Shown here piece by piece: positions 22,405 to 31,309 of a stretch of 64,000 nucleotides of DNA. Location of the stretch: positions 1-64,000 of the IMG/VR virus record IMGVR_UViG_3300005253_002057; one strand, written 5' to 3'. Position 1 is the stretch's first letter. Each line of letters begins with the position of its first letter. The position numbers and the translations under genes were made by a program. The stretch is from a virus. The notes under the pieces were generated by a model, which did not search any database, was not told the DNA's origin, and saw only the letters and a program-made list of their open reading frames with translations.

Positions 22405-22483
22405 CAAAATAAAAGACTGTAAATAGCTCTATGAATAGAACTATCAACAGTCTTATAAATAGCCTTACTAATTATTTTCTATT

Positions 22484-22530
22484 AAAAGAGAAAGGGTGCA
22501 AGCTGCCCTAATTGCTCGCACCCTTCTCTA
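22484..22530 (-). terminator. intrinsic terminator of 22591..22977
   Basis: GAGAAAGGGTGC...GCACCCTTCTC stem followed by TTTT on the minus strand. Confidence 0.7.
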
Positions 22531-22590
22531 TCACGGCTCCTGCAATCTCCCGCTAAAAGATATGCAGGTCTACTTGGAGGAGGTCTGTAT

Positions 22591-22977
22591 TTAGGCTGCT
22601 ACTGCTGCCTCAGCCTTGTCTGCAGCTGCCTTCCTGGCAACTTTTCTGGCCTCGGACTTCACTTTCCTGGCTGCGGTCTTGACATCCTTGAGGTCGTCTC
22701 CGGCTGCCATTCTAGCCTTGCCTGCCTCGATTGCGTCCTTCCAAGGCTGTGAGAACTTGGAGTCGTTCTGGATGAGGTAAATTCCCCAGCGCTCTGCGTC
22801 TCTGTTCTCTCTGACTGCCTTCTTCTTTGCGAAGTACTTGCCGAAGTCTTCCAGCATGCTTTCGCCGCCGAGCTCTTCCGCTATCTTGGCCCTAAGCTCT
22901 GGGGACATTGAGTCCATTATTGAGGCTCCTGTGCTTGCCTGGTTTTCGTCTGCTACTTTTTCTGCCTTGCTAGTCAT
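22591..22977 (-). CDS. hypothetical protein with K/A-rich tail (monocistronic; DNA-binding candidate)
   Basis: own consensus promoter, GGAG SD and terminator; tail KTAARKVKSEARKVARKAAA. Confidence 0.6.
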   Translation of the reverse strand: MTSKAEKVADENQASTGASIMDSMSPELRAKIAEELGGESMLEDFGKYFAKKKAVRENRDAERWGIYLIQNDSKFSQPWKDAIEAGKARMAAGDDLKDVKTAARKVKSEARKVARKAAADKAEAAVAA

Positions 22978-23030
22978 CTTCTGCTCCTGCTTTCTGCCCT
23001 TGATAGGGCCCTTGGTTTGAATGTAATTTC

Positions 23031-23059
23031 ATTATACACCCTTTTTTGGATGTTGTCAA
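23031..23059 (-). promoter_or_regulatory. sigma70-type promoter
   Basis: TTGACA-17-TATAAT on the minus strand. Confidence 0.9.
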
Positions 23060-23112
23060 TGCTTTTTTGGGTCAATTTTCCATCAATTCCCTTGATTCCA
23101 ATTTTGGTGGAA

Positions 23113-23358
23113 TTATGGACGTTTGGATGATATTGAAGGATTGAGTATTTCATTCTCCATAAGTTCTAGAGCCTTTCTAAAGCTCTTTTGCTTACCTGCA
23201 GCCCTTTCATTAGATCTTCTTACAGCCTCTACTCCAGATTCTGTTCCTCTGTAGCGTCTCTGAGATCGAAGCCCATTTCTGAACTTGTCCTCATTGTAAG
23301 AAATCTTTTTTCGTATTCTACTTCTTACTTGCTGTTCTGTAGTTACTAATCTAGGCAT
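23113..23358 (-). CDS. small basic protein
   Basis: R/K-rich 81 aa ORF with GGGGA SD, downstream of a promoter. Confidence 0.55.
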   Translation of the reverse strand: MPRLVTTEQQVRSRIRKKISYNEDKFRNGLRSQRRYRGTESGVEAVRRSNERAAGKQKSFRKALELMENEILNPSISSKRP

Positions 23359-23417
23359 ACTTTCCCCCAGCCACTAGTTTGGAGTCCCCTCAGCGTGCCT
23401 CGTATGTGTATATGTGT

Positions 23418-23446
23418 ATTATAACGTATATATAAGGTAAGGTCAA
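23418..23446 (-). promoter_or_regulatory. leftward sigma70-type promoter
   Basis: TTGACC-17-TATAAT on the minus strand. Confidence 0.85.
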
Positions 23447-23456
23447 GTTTTCAAAC

Positions 23457-23485
23457 TTGACAGTGGTGTGTTTCTGGTGTATAAT
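23457..23485 (+). promoter_or_regulatory. rightward sigma70-type promoter
   Basis: TTGACA-17-TATAAT. Confidence 0.9.
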
Positions 23486-23491
23486 GCTGGC

Positions 23492-23923
23492 ATGAGTAAG
23501 ATATCAGTGAAAATAAAATATCTAAGTCCGCAGGCAATACTACCAGTTTTAGCCACTTCAGGAAGTGCATGCTTTGATGTAAGTACACCTTATCATGTAG
23601 TTATACTAGGAAGGAGTATGGCCAAAGTAGGGACTGGGTTAGCCTTCGAAGTTCCAGTAGGCTATGAGATGGTTATAAGACCAAGGGGAGGATTATCTAG
23701 TAAAGGTATTACTATAGCTAATTCTCCTGGTACTTTAGATAGTGACTATAGAGGTGAGCTTTTTATTATTCTGCATAATACCACAATGGAGCCTTATCAA
23801 TTTACTCCTGGAGCCAGAATAGCGCAGATTGCTGTAAAGAAAGTTTTAGAGATAGAGTTTCTAGACCTGCCTTTTACTGATACAGAGAGAGGTATAGGAG
23901 CCTTTGGTAGTACAGGAGTATAG
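23492..23923 (+). CDS. dut: trimeric dUTPase
   Basis: GSACFD, RPRGG, NSPGTLDSDYRGE, RIAQ and RGIGAFGSTG motifs; start re-called at the leaderless ATG 23492. Confidence 0.96.
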   Translation: MSKISVKIKYLSPQAILPVLATSGSACFDVSTPYHVVILGRSMAKVGTGLAFEVPVGYEMVIRPRGGLSSKGITIANSPGTLDSDYRGELFIILHNTTMEPYQFTPGARIAQIAVKKVLEIEFLDLPFTDTERGIGAFGSTGV

Positions 23924-23924
23924 T

Positions 23925-24477
23925 ATGGAAATAGGTATTGCTATAGGCTTACTATTTGTTGCTGCAGTATATAGTAAGATAGCCCATAGCATAGGTCTTA
24001 CTACTTGGATAGCAGATGGGCTGCCTACAATCTTTGTATTCTTTGTTGCTATATTTATTATAATTAGAGCTCTAATTCTTATAGGGTCTGTATCTGGTAA
24101 TGGAACTTACTAGCAGCTTAATAGAGATACTCCCAGTAATATTTTCCTTTCTAGTTATTGTAGTTGCTGCAGCTGTATATGCAAGCTTCACTAAGTGATG
24201 GATGCACTAATTTATCTTATAGACTTACTTCCCTTTAATCCAGCTGTTTTTCTTATCTTTGGATTTATATTCTTAATAGTAGTAAGGATTTTATTAATTA
24301 AGCTAGTAATTGGTATATTCAAATTAGCCATAGGTGTAATAGGGGCTTTCTTTGGTAGAATTTAATTCTTTAGATACTGCATTTAGGCTACTGGGCACTA
24401 TATTTAGTTTCCCCCCTGTATTCTTAGGTATTATGTTACTTATTATATTCTTTGCTATAAGAGGACGAACTAGTTAA
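23925..24477 (+). CDS. four tandem small membrane peptides (23925-24113, 24100-24198, 24198-24365, 24352-24477)
   Basis: manually translated overlapping ORFs, each hydrophobic with an (L/F)P-hydrophobic motif. Confidence 0.55.
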
Positions 24478-24487
24478 GGCTGTGAAC

Positions 24488-24516
24488 TTGACATTTATAC
24501 CACATTCATATACAAT
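24488..24516 (+). promoter_or_regulatory. sigma70-type promoter of the replication/modification operon
   Basis: TTGACA-17-TACAAT. Confidence 0.85.
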
Positions 24517-24544
24517 GTATGGACAGTCGAAATTGGAGAAATAG

Positions 24545-25582
24545 ATGACCAGCCCTGCACCAAAGCCTCCCGCTATCAAAAAGGCCCCAGCAAAAGCAAC
24601 TTCCCTGGAAGAACTCATAACCCCCAATGATGAAGTGGAGTTTGCCCCTCGTTTACTTATGGCTAACTTTGGAGGCCCTGGCTCTTTCAAAACTAGAATA
24701 TTTGCTACGGCTTGTGAAGTAGAAGAAACCTCCCCCCTCCTTTATATCCCCTATGAACCTATACCTACTAGCATTCCAGATTTACTTGCAAGAGATGACT
24801 TTGATGTTCTTGAGCCAAGATTAAAGGCTGGTACTAAGAGTCTCTATAAATTTACTATAGAGGATATACTTCCTTTAATTGCGAAGTCTCAAGGAAAGTA
24901 TAGAGCTTACTTCTTTGATGGTGTCTGCTCCTTAATGATGGACAGTGCTTTTGCTGATGCTAGAAGAGAATGTCATATAGCTGATTTATCTGCAGCATCT
25001 AGAAATTCAAAGCCCCCCACTCATTCTGAGGACTATCCTTGTAGACAGTGCTATAACAGACTTGTTCTTAAGGCTCAGATATTTATTTCTGGGATACGAG
25101 ATTTATGGAAGTCAAATCCTGATGGTGCTGCACACATACTTATGTCCTTTAGAGAGAAGAACCATCAGACTGTTGAAGGAAAGGGCGACGCAGCTATTAC
25201 TATAAGTACCTTCAAGGCTGATCTCCCAGCAGCTACTCTGAGAATGATGACTCATGATATTCAGACATACTTTAGATTACAGTCAAGCTGGGGACCTGTT
25301 AAAGATGAGAAAGGGCAGCCTGTAAGGGGGGAAGGTGGAAGAGGCTTTGTGAGTGATTATAGACTTAATATTACTGCTGCTAGAAGTGATGCAGTTGATG
25401 CAAGGGATAACTCAGGAAAACTTAAAGGGGCTGTTAATCTAGGAGGAAGGGATATACACTTCTTCGAGATATATAATAGAATGTATCCAGGACAAGGAAC
25501 TAGAAAAGTAAAGGCAGAAGGGTTTGAGTTTTCAGTATTAGAAGAACCTGACTCAAAGGATAAGGCTGAGGCTACAGTTTAA
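24545..25582 (+). CDS. P-loop ATPase, Sak4/AAA_24-like recombinase
   Basis: Walker A GGPGSFKT, Walker B YFFDG; adjacent to an SSB-like gene, with a Cas4-like gene downstream. Confidence 0.7.
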   Translation: MTSPAPKPPAIKKAPAKATSLEELITPNDEVEFAPRLLMANFGGPGSFKTRIFATACEVEETSPLLYIPYEPIPTSIPDLLARDDFDVLEPRLKAGTKSLYKFTIEDILPLIAKSQGKYRAYFFDGVCSLMMDSAFADARRECHIADLSAASRNSKPPTHSEDYPCRQCYNRLVLKAQIFISGIRDLWKSNPDGAAHILMSFREKNHQTVEGKGDAAITISTFKADLPAATLRMMTHDIQTYFRLQSSWGPVKDEKGQPVRGEGGRGFVSDYRLNITAARSDAVDARDNSGKLKGAVNLGGRDIHFFEIYNRMYPGQGTRKVKAEGFEFSVLEEPDSKDKAEATV

Positions 25583-25609
25583 CCCCAAGAATTGTTACAA
25601 GGAGGTAAC

Positions 25610-26032
25610 ATGCTTTCACGAGACCAGATGAAAGGACTTCCCCCAATACCTCAGGGGGAACATAGGTTCACAGTTTTGAGGGCTCAGAAAAGGCCCTCTT
25701 CCACAGGAAATCCCTCAGTTGAGGTAATCTTGGCTGTACCAGAGGACACGGAGACTCTAGGTCCAGAGTTCGTAGCAAGGGATACAAAGGTTACACTCTC
25801 ACTTCAGGAGCAGGCGGCTTTCACCTTCGGAAACTTCGTAGCAGCAGTGAGTGGCTATGCCACTGTTGACGAGTACTTCGACGGAGAAGATATCGAGGAC
25901 TTCGATGCTAGCGCCTGGGATCCTGAGCCAGTAGTAGGTATGCAGATCATCGGGGTGGTCTCGCATCAGCTCTTCCAGGGTAGGACGACTCACCAGATCA
26001 GAGTCTTTAAGCCTGTCCCTGTCCCCGCCTAA
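25610..26032 (+). CDS. ssDNA-binding protein (DUF669-like)
   Basis: PIPQGEHRFTV...SSTGNP pattern; strong AGGAGGT SD before ATG 25610; follows the Sak4-like gene. Confidence 0.65.
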   Translation: MLSRDQMKGLPPIPQGEHRFTVLRAQKRPSSTGNPSVEVILAVPEDTETLGPEFVARDTKVTLSLQEQAAFTFGNFVAAVSGYATVDEYFDGEDIEDFDASAWDPEPVVGMQIIGVVSHQLFQGRTTHQIRVFKPVPVPA

Positions 26033-26088
26033 AGTTTAACACCGGTGCTGTAGCCTCAGCCCTATCTTTTGATTTAGGATAAAATTAA

Positions 26089-26805
26089 GTGAAAAGTCTT
26101 GTAATGTTAAGTGGAGGACTAGATTCAAGTACTAGTCTTGCTCGAGCTATTAGTCTTGGAGATAAGTGTGAAGCACTTTTTATTGACTATGGACAGCGCT
26201 CCTTAGTTGAGTATGAGTCTGCTGAGCTTATAGCTGAATACTATAAAGTAAGACTTGTTCCTGTAGAGTGCAGAGGGATGCTGCTTAAGTCATCTCTTAT
26301 AAAGTCTGACAGTAATGAACTAAAGGAATTCTCAGTAGATGATGAGTTTACTGCTGAGGGTGATGCTTATGTACCAGGTAGAAACTTGATGCTAGTAGGT
26401 ATAGGCTTAGCCTATGCAGAGTCAAGAAAGATGGATAGATTACTACTAGGTATAATGGGTGTTGAAGAAGAAGATGAAGACGACCCTATCTTAAAAGATC
26501 AACACCCTAAGTTTCTAAAAGCAGTTGAACAAGCTGCACTCTTTGCTAAAGATCCAGTTAAAGTAGATAGTTTATTACTTGATCTTACTTGGAGAAGGCA
26601 AGTTATAACTTTAGCAGCTGAACTAAAAGTTCCTCTAGGTTATACTTATTCTTGTTACTGGGGAAAGCTAGCACACTGTGGTACTTGTGAGGCATGTGTA
26701 ATTAGAATTTTATCTTTTAAGAGGGCTGGATATAAAGATCCATCCAGATACTCAGAAGAACAGGAATGGGAAGGATGTAAAGAATGGCCAATAGAGCTAC
26801 AGTAA
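26089..26805 (+). CDS. queC: 7-cyano-7-deazaguanine synthase
   Basis: SGGLDS, DYGQR, YVPGRN, TYSCY...HCGTCEAC. Confidence 0.95.
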   Translation: MKSLVMLSGGLDSSTSLARAISLGDKCEALFIDYGQRSLVEYESAELIAEYYKVRLVPVECRGMLLKSSLIKSDSNELKEFSVDDEFTAEGDAYVPGRNLMLVGIGLAYAESRKMDRLLLGIMGVEEEDEDDPILKDQHPKFLKAVEQAALFAKDPVKVDSLLLDLTWRRQVITLAAELKVPLGYTYSCYWGKLAHCGTCEACVIRILSFKRAGYKDPSRYSEEQEWEGCKEWPIELQ

Positions 26806-27224
26806 GTTATAGCTGGGAATTCTCAGCAGCTCATAGACTGATGAATCACCCTGGTAAGTGTAAGAGACTTCATGGTCATAACTATTATGTCACCATAGAA
26901 GTAGAAGGAGCTATGGATAGAGAAACTGGAATGGTGATTGACTTCTCTATACTTAAAGACGCATCCAGGCATGTAGACGAGATTATGGATCATATGACTC
27001 TTCTACAAAGTACAGATCCTGTAGCAGAAGCCCTTGCTACTATTCAGCTAGAGGGAGATATAGTCTTCTTTTCAGTTCCTCCTACAGTCGAGGCTATATG
27101 TGTACTAGTAGGAGAAGAGATTAAAATTGCCTTATCTAAGTACTCCCCTGCAACTACTTATCCTCGACTTACTAAGGTCATTATAAAGGAAACAGAGACT
27201 GGAGTAGCAAGCATAACATTATGA
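26784..27224 (+). CDS. queD: 6-carboxytetrahydropterin synthase
   Basis: FSAAHRL...GKCKRLHGHNY, GMVIDF, PTVE, ET motifs. Confidence 0.95.
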   Translation: MANRATVSYSWEFSAAHRLMNHPGKCKRLHGHNYYVTIEVEGAMDRETGMVIDFSILKDASRHVDEIMDHMTLLQSTDPVAEALATIQLEGDIVFFSVPPTVEAICVLVGEEIKIALSKYSPATTYPRLTKVIIKETETGVASITL

Positions 27225-28561
27225 GTTTAACAAGAACAAGATTAACATTTCTTATGGTTTTCGGTGTTCTCAGTCTAGTATTACTTACTGCATGTACTAC
27301 TGATGCTAGTAGAATTCGTGAGGCTAATAAAGCCTTTCGAGGGATAACAATTCCTGTTATTTCTACCCCTTCTATTCCTACCCCTTTTATTGTACCTTCT
27401 ACTGGATCCTCATATGTTGAAGCTTATCCTGTATTTGACAATCCTCAGTTTCCGACTATAGCTCCTTCAACCTCTATTCCTATTCCTACATCTTCCCCTA
27501 CTAGTATTCCTACATCTTCTCCTACCAGCATCCCTACACCTTTCCCTACTTCTACTAGTGTTCCTACTTTAACTCCGCCTACAGCTACTTCAGTTCCTTC
27601 TACACCTACACCTCCTCCTATAGAAGCGGATATATCTGCTACTAGTTTGGAGGATGGAGACTGTGCTCGTAGTAACTTTACTGATGATGAAATACTTAGT
27701 GGTAATACTGTTAAGTTTTATGACTTCGTGCTTCTACCGTGTGACGGTCCTTGGCAATTTCGAGTAGTTTCGTCGTTTCTAGTAGAATTAGATGCTGGTT
27801 ATATTGGTTATCCGAGCGACGAGAAGTTTATGAGTCTAGCCCAGGATAACTGCAAGCGTACGTATACGCTTCCCTTTTTCCCATTGTTTGAGAGCTGGAG
27901 GCTTGGTGATAGAACAGTTCATTGTATACAGATGGATATGGGTATAGCTCATTCTGACTTTGCTAGACTAGATAATATTATTGACCCCTACTTAGTTAAA
28001 GTAGAAGAATGCTTTAATGAGCTAGATGAGGGACTGGCTTATGAAATTCTATCGTGTGCTGGAGAATGGCAGTATCGTATAGTAGAAATTATAAGTCTAG
28101 CCTTGCTAGAAGAATTTCCAGGTGATGAGTATATTTGGACCAGAACACTTCAAGACTGTGATCGAAGAAGTTCTATGTATTTTCTTCCTACCCACGAGAC
28201 TTGGATAGATGAGGGTGCTCGTCTTATCTATTGTGCTCAGGGAGGGCAAGGTCTAAGTGGCTATAGCCTGGAGCGAATAGATCGTATTGTTGGCGAGTAT
28301 AAGCTTAATGCTGGAGAGTGCTATAATGAGGATACCAGCTATGCTTCTCCCTTAGTTGAAATAGTAGCGTGTGATGGCCCTTGGGAATATAAAATTCTAG
28401 ATAGGCTTATACTAGATAGAGATGGACTGTATCCGGAAGATTTATACTTTGATACTGAAGTATTTAATCGTTGTAACCGTTTCTATGACTACTCTTTGTC
28501 CCCTACTCAAGAACGCTGGGAAGCAGGAATTAAGTATATTCTATGTATTCAAGAAAGATAA
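27221..28561 (+). CDS. lipoprotein with Pro/Thr linker and four septum-formation-like Cys repeats
   Basis: LTAC lipobox; PTS repeats; repeated C-x-G-x-W-(Q/E)-(F/Y)...(Y/F)P...C...P...W...C units. Confidence 0.75.
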   Translation: MSLTRTRLTFLMVFGVLSLVLLTACTTDASRIREANKAFRGITIPVISTPSIPTPFIVPSTGSSYVEAYPVFDNPQFPTIAPSTSIPIPTSSPTSIPTSSPTSIPTPFPTSTSVPTLTPPTATSVPSTPTPPPIEADISATSLEDGDCARSNFTDDEILSGNTVKFYDFVLLPCDGPWQFRVVSSFLVELDAGYIGYPSDEKFMSLAQDNCKRTYTLPFFPLFESWRLGDRTVHCIQMDMGIAHSDFARLDNIIDPYLVKVEECFNELDEGLAYEILSCAGEWQYRIVEIISLALLEEFPGDEYIWTRTLQDCDRRSSMYFLPTHETWIDEGARLIYCAQGGQGLSGYSLERIDRIVGEYKLNAGECYNEDTSYASPLVEIVACDGPWEYKILDRLILDRDGLYPEDLYFDTEVFNRCNRFYDYSLSPTQERWEAGIKYILCIQER

Positions 28562-28565
28562 CGCT

Positions 28566-29243
28566 ATGACTCTTATAGACACTGAGATTAAGGTAAGCGA
28601 GTTATTTACTTCTATACAAGGGGAAGGTAACTATGCTGGCTTTCCTACAACTTTTATTCGATTATTTGGGTGTCCTCTTCGCTGTTCTTGGTGTGATAGC
28701 AAATATACTTGGGATAATAAAAGTAGATGGGAGCTATATTCTTTACAGGATATACTAAGGTATACACTCAGACAAAAGTCTAAATATGTATGCTTAACTG
28801 GTGGTGAGCCACTAGCAGACTATAATCTAGAACCTAGTAGATTAATTTGTGAAAGAATTAGTCCGCACCGCAGTATTTCTGTAGAAACTTCTGGCTGCTT
28901 CATGTTACCTGGGTGGAGAAACTTGGTAGAGAGCTGGGTCTGGGATGTTAAACTTCCTGGGTCTGGTATGTTTGAAGAGAATGAATTAGATGAATTATCT
29001 AAGCTAGGTTTTAAGGATCAAGTTAAATTTATAGTAAAGGATTCCACTGACTTTGAGCAGGCTCTAGCTATATACAAAGAGTATAAGCTATCTTCAGTTA
29101 GTGGCTTGACAATACTATGGGCTCCGGTATATAATGAGTTAGATTTAAAGTGGTTTGCAGCTAAAGTGATTGCCCTGGGAGAAAATAATAGATTAAGCAT
29201 ACAAGTTCACAAATTAATTTGGAGAGAGAAAAGGGGAAAGTAA
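28566..29243 (+). CDS. queE: 7-carboxy-7-deazaguanine synthase (radical SAM)
   Basis: ELFTSIQGEG, FIRLFGCPLRCSWCDS, LTGGEP, RLSIQVHK. Confidence 0.96.
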   Translation: MTLIDTEIKVSELFTSIQGEGNYAGFPTTFIRLFGCPLRCSWCDSKYTWDNKSRWELYSLQDILRYTLRQKSKYVCLTGGEPLADYNLEPSRLICERISPHRSISVETSGCFMLPGWRNLVESWVWDVKLPGSGMFEENELDELSKLGFKDQVKFIVKDSTDFEQALAIYKEYKLSSVSGLTILWAPVYNELDLKWFAAKVIALGENNRLSIQVHKLIWREKRGK

Positions 29244-29666
29244 TGTTAAGTTTGCTTCCAGTAGTAAGTTTTATAGGCTGGACAGTTATAGCCATAGCTG
29301 CAGTCTATACCTGGGGGAGAATGGTATCCAGACGTAGAAGGAATCCAGACTACGTAGAGTCTCTTAAAGCAGCTGGACAGTACCAGAGATATAAGCTAGG
29401 TCTATTCTTCGCCTTTATGCTGATGATGGTTGCGCTTGTATTTGCTGCAATCTCTTTATCGTTCGTCTAGCCCTTGAGGGAGAAGTTAACTAGTTGGACC
29501 TGGTGGCGTGCATGGCTTAAACGCCAGCTTTCTTTCAAGGCTGGCGTTGAGGCCTTTTTAGCCTCCTTTGTCAAGGTTAGAACTAGACAAGAAAGAGGAA
29601 TGAATAAAATAACCAAGGCATCTAAGATGTACTTAGGGATAGGACGTAGGGCTGAAAGGAGAAGGC

Positions 29667-30290
29667 TTGCTAGAAGAGGGCAAAGTAATAGAGGCACAGA
29701 TAAAAAATGAGCAATTTGCTGATAGCTATGAGAAAATAAAAAGCTCTGTTCAAGGACAATTAACTATAATGGGCTATGACTTAGCTAGTGATGGTCTAGT
29801 TGATACTCCTGATAGAGTTGCTAGAATGTTCTTTAGTGAGCTTTTTGTCACCGATATAGATCTGAAAGACGTGTTATCTGTTACCTTTGACGAAGGTGAT
29901 AGAGAAGGGACAGATGACTTAGTTGCTATGTCTAACATAAAGTTTAGTTCCTGGTGTGAACATCATATGCTACCTTTCTGGGGCGAAGCCTTTATAGCTT
30001 ATGTTCCTAGGGAAAGGGTAGTAGGAATATCTAAGTTAGTTAGACTGGTAAGAGCTGCAGCTAGAGGGCTTAATATACAAGAGAGGATAACTCATAACGT
30101 AGCTGACTGCCTGGATGAGTACTTATCGGCTAAAGGAGTCTTGGTGGTTACAAGAGCAGTCCACTCCTGTATGATAGTTAGAGGAGTCAAGGGCTTTTCT
30201 GAGCAGCTTACTGTTTCTGCAGTTAAAGGACTTATGAAAGATTCTGGCACATTAAGAAGTGAGGCCCTTAGTTTATTAGGCTTGGCTTAA
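29667..30290 (+). CDS. folE: GTP cyclohydrolase I
   Basis: TPDRVARM, CEHHMLPF, GISKL, IQER, HSCMIVRGV. Confidence 0.96.
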   Translation: MLEEGKVIEAQIKNEQFADSYEKIKSSVQGQLTIMGYDLASDGLVDTPDRVARMFFSELFVTDIDLKDVLSVTFDEGDREGTDDLVAMSNIKFSSWCEHHMLPFWGEAFIAYVPRERVVGISKLVRLVRAAARGLNIQERITHNVADCLDEYLSAKGVLVVTRAVHSCMIVRGVKGFSEQLTVSAVKGLMKDSGTLRSEALSLLGLA

Positions 30291-30292
30291 AC

Positions 30293-31309
30293 ATGGGCAG
30301 TATAGCAATAGCTACTAAAGAAAGGTTAATAGAAAAGCGGAAATCTTATAGATCAAGAAATCCTACTTCTTCCATAATATCTAGATGTGAGCGGTACATA
30401 TGGTATAACATAACTGGCGCAACTCTTTATGGATGGCAGACTTTAGAACAGATGCTTATTCTTAAAGAGGCTAAAGAAGTTCATGAAGACCATATGGTTG
30501 AAGTACTTAATGAGGCTGGATACCGTGTACATTCTAGAGAGGCTATATTAAAAAGAACTGGCTCACGCTGGGATGGGCTTATCTTCTTTCAGAAGCAAGA
30601 TTGGTTATTAGAGCTGAAGGCGTTAGGAGAATGGGCATTTACTCGTCTTAGAGAAATGGGGCTAGAAAAAGGCTTTCCCCATTACTATGACCAGATACAA
30701 GATATGTTGCGCGAAGCCCCTTACTTACCTGGGGGAATACTTTTTGTTAAGCAAGTTTATCCTCCAGATTTTGAAGATGTTATAGTAAGACATGATCTTG
30801 ATAGACAAGAAATTTTAGAAGAGAAAAGACAGAGAATTAAAGAATACTTAGCCCTAGAAGAGTCTCCCCCACGACCTTATAGTTATACTTCTTCTGAATG
30901 TCAAACTTGCCCAGCTATGTACACTTGCTGGGGTTCTATAGCCCAGACTGACGAAGGGGCAAAAATACTCACTCCTGGACTAGAACGTGAGGGTTCTGTT
31001 ATAATGTCCGAGGAGGACAGAGGGGCTTTGAAGCAGCTAAGTGATGATTATATTCTTTACAAGGCACACGTATTCAAAGCTGAGAGTATGGAAAAGTCTA
31101 TAAATGATAGAGTTATGGAGCTGCTGGAGAAATACTCATATAGAAGATTAAAGGGTTATGGCTTCAGAGCCACCTTTAGTGCTAATGCTACTAAGACTAG
31201 GATAGATTATGCAAGACTTAAGCATGTAGTTAGTCCTAGATCACTAAAACTTACCACTAGACTAGAGCCTAGTACTCGTTTAACAAAAGGACATGAGGTC
31301 TTTAAGTGA
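30293..31309 (+). CDS. Cas4-like PD-(D/E)XK exonuclease
   Basis: N-terminal Cys, WDG...ELK, YYDQIQ, CQTC...C split Fe-S motif. Confidence 0.75.
   Translation: MGSIAIATKERLIEKRKSYRSRNPTSSIISRCERYIWYNITGATLYGWQTLEQMLILKEAKEVHEDHMVEVLNEAGYRVHSREAILKRTGSRWDGLIFFQKQDWLLELKALGEWAFTRLREMGLEKGFPHYYDQIQDMLREAPYLPGGILFVKQVYPPDFEDVIVRHDLDRQEILEEKRQRIKEYLALEESPPRPYSYTSSECQTCPAMYTCWGSIAQTDEGAKILTPGLEREGSVIMSEEDRGALKQLSDDYILYKAHVFKAESMEKSINDRVMELLEKYSYRRLKGYGFRATFSANATKTRIDYARLKHVVSPRSLKLTTRLEPSTRLTKGHEVFK

Larger units (their letters stand above)
21760..22480. other. putative replication origin (AT-rich non-coding region with several repeat arrays)
   Basis: largest non-coding region, very AT-rich, near the transcriptional divergence point, three phased repeat arrays. 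Confidence 0.65.

Noticed and set aside
26089-30290. Auxiliary queuosine tRNA biosynthesis
   Set aside because: No queF or queA; linkage to a DpdA-like gene and polA favours DNA modification
30293-31309. CRISPR-associated cas4
   Set aside because: No cas1/cas2 or array; context with a Sak4-like ATPase and SSB indicates a viral recombination nuclease
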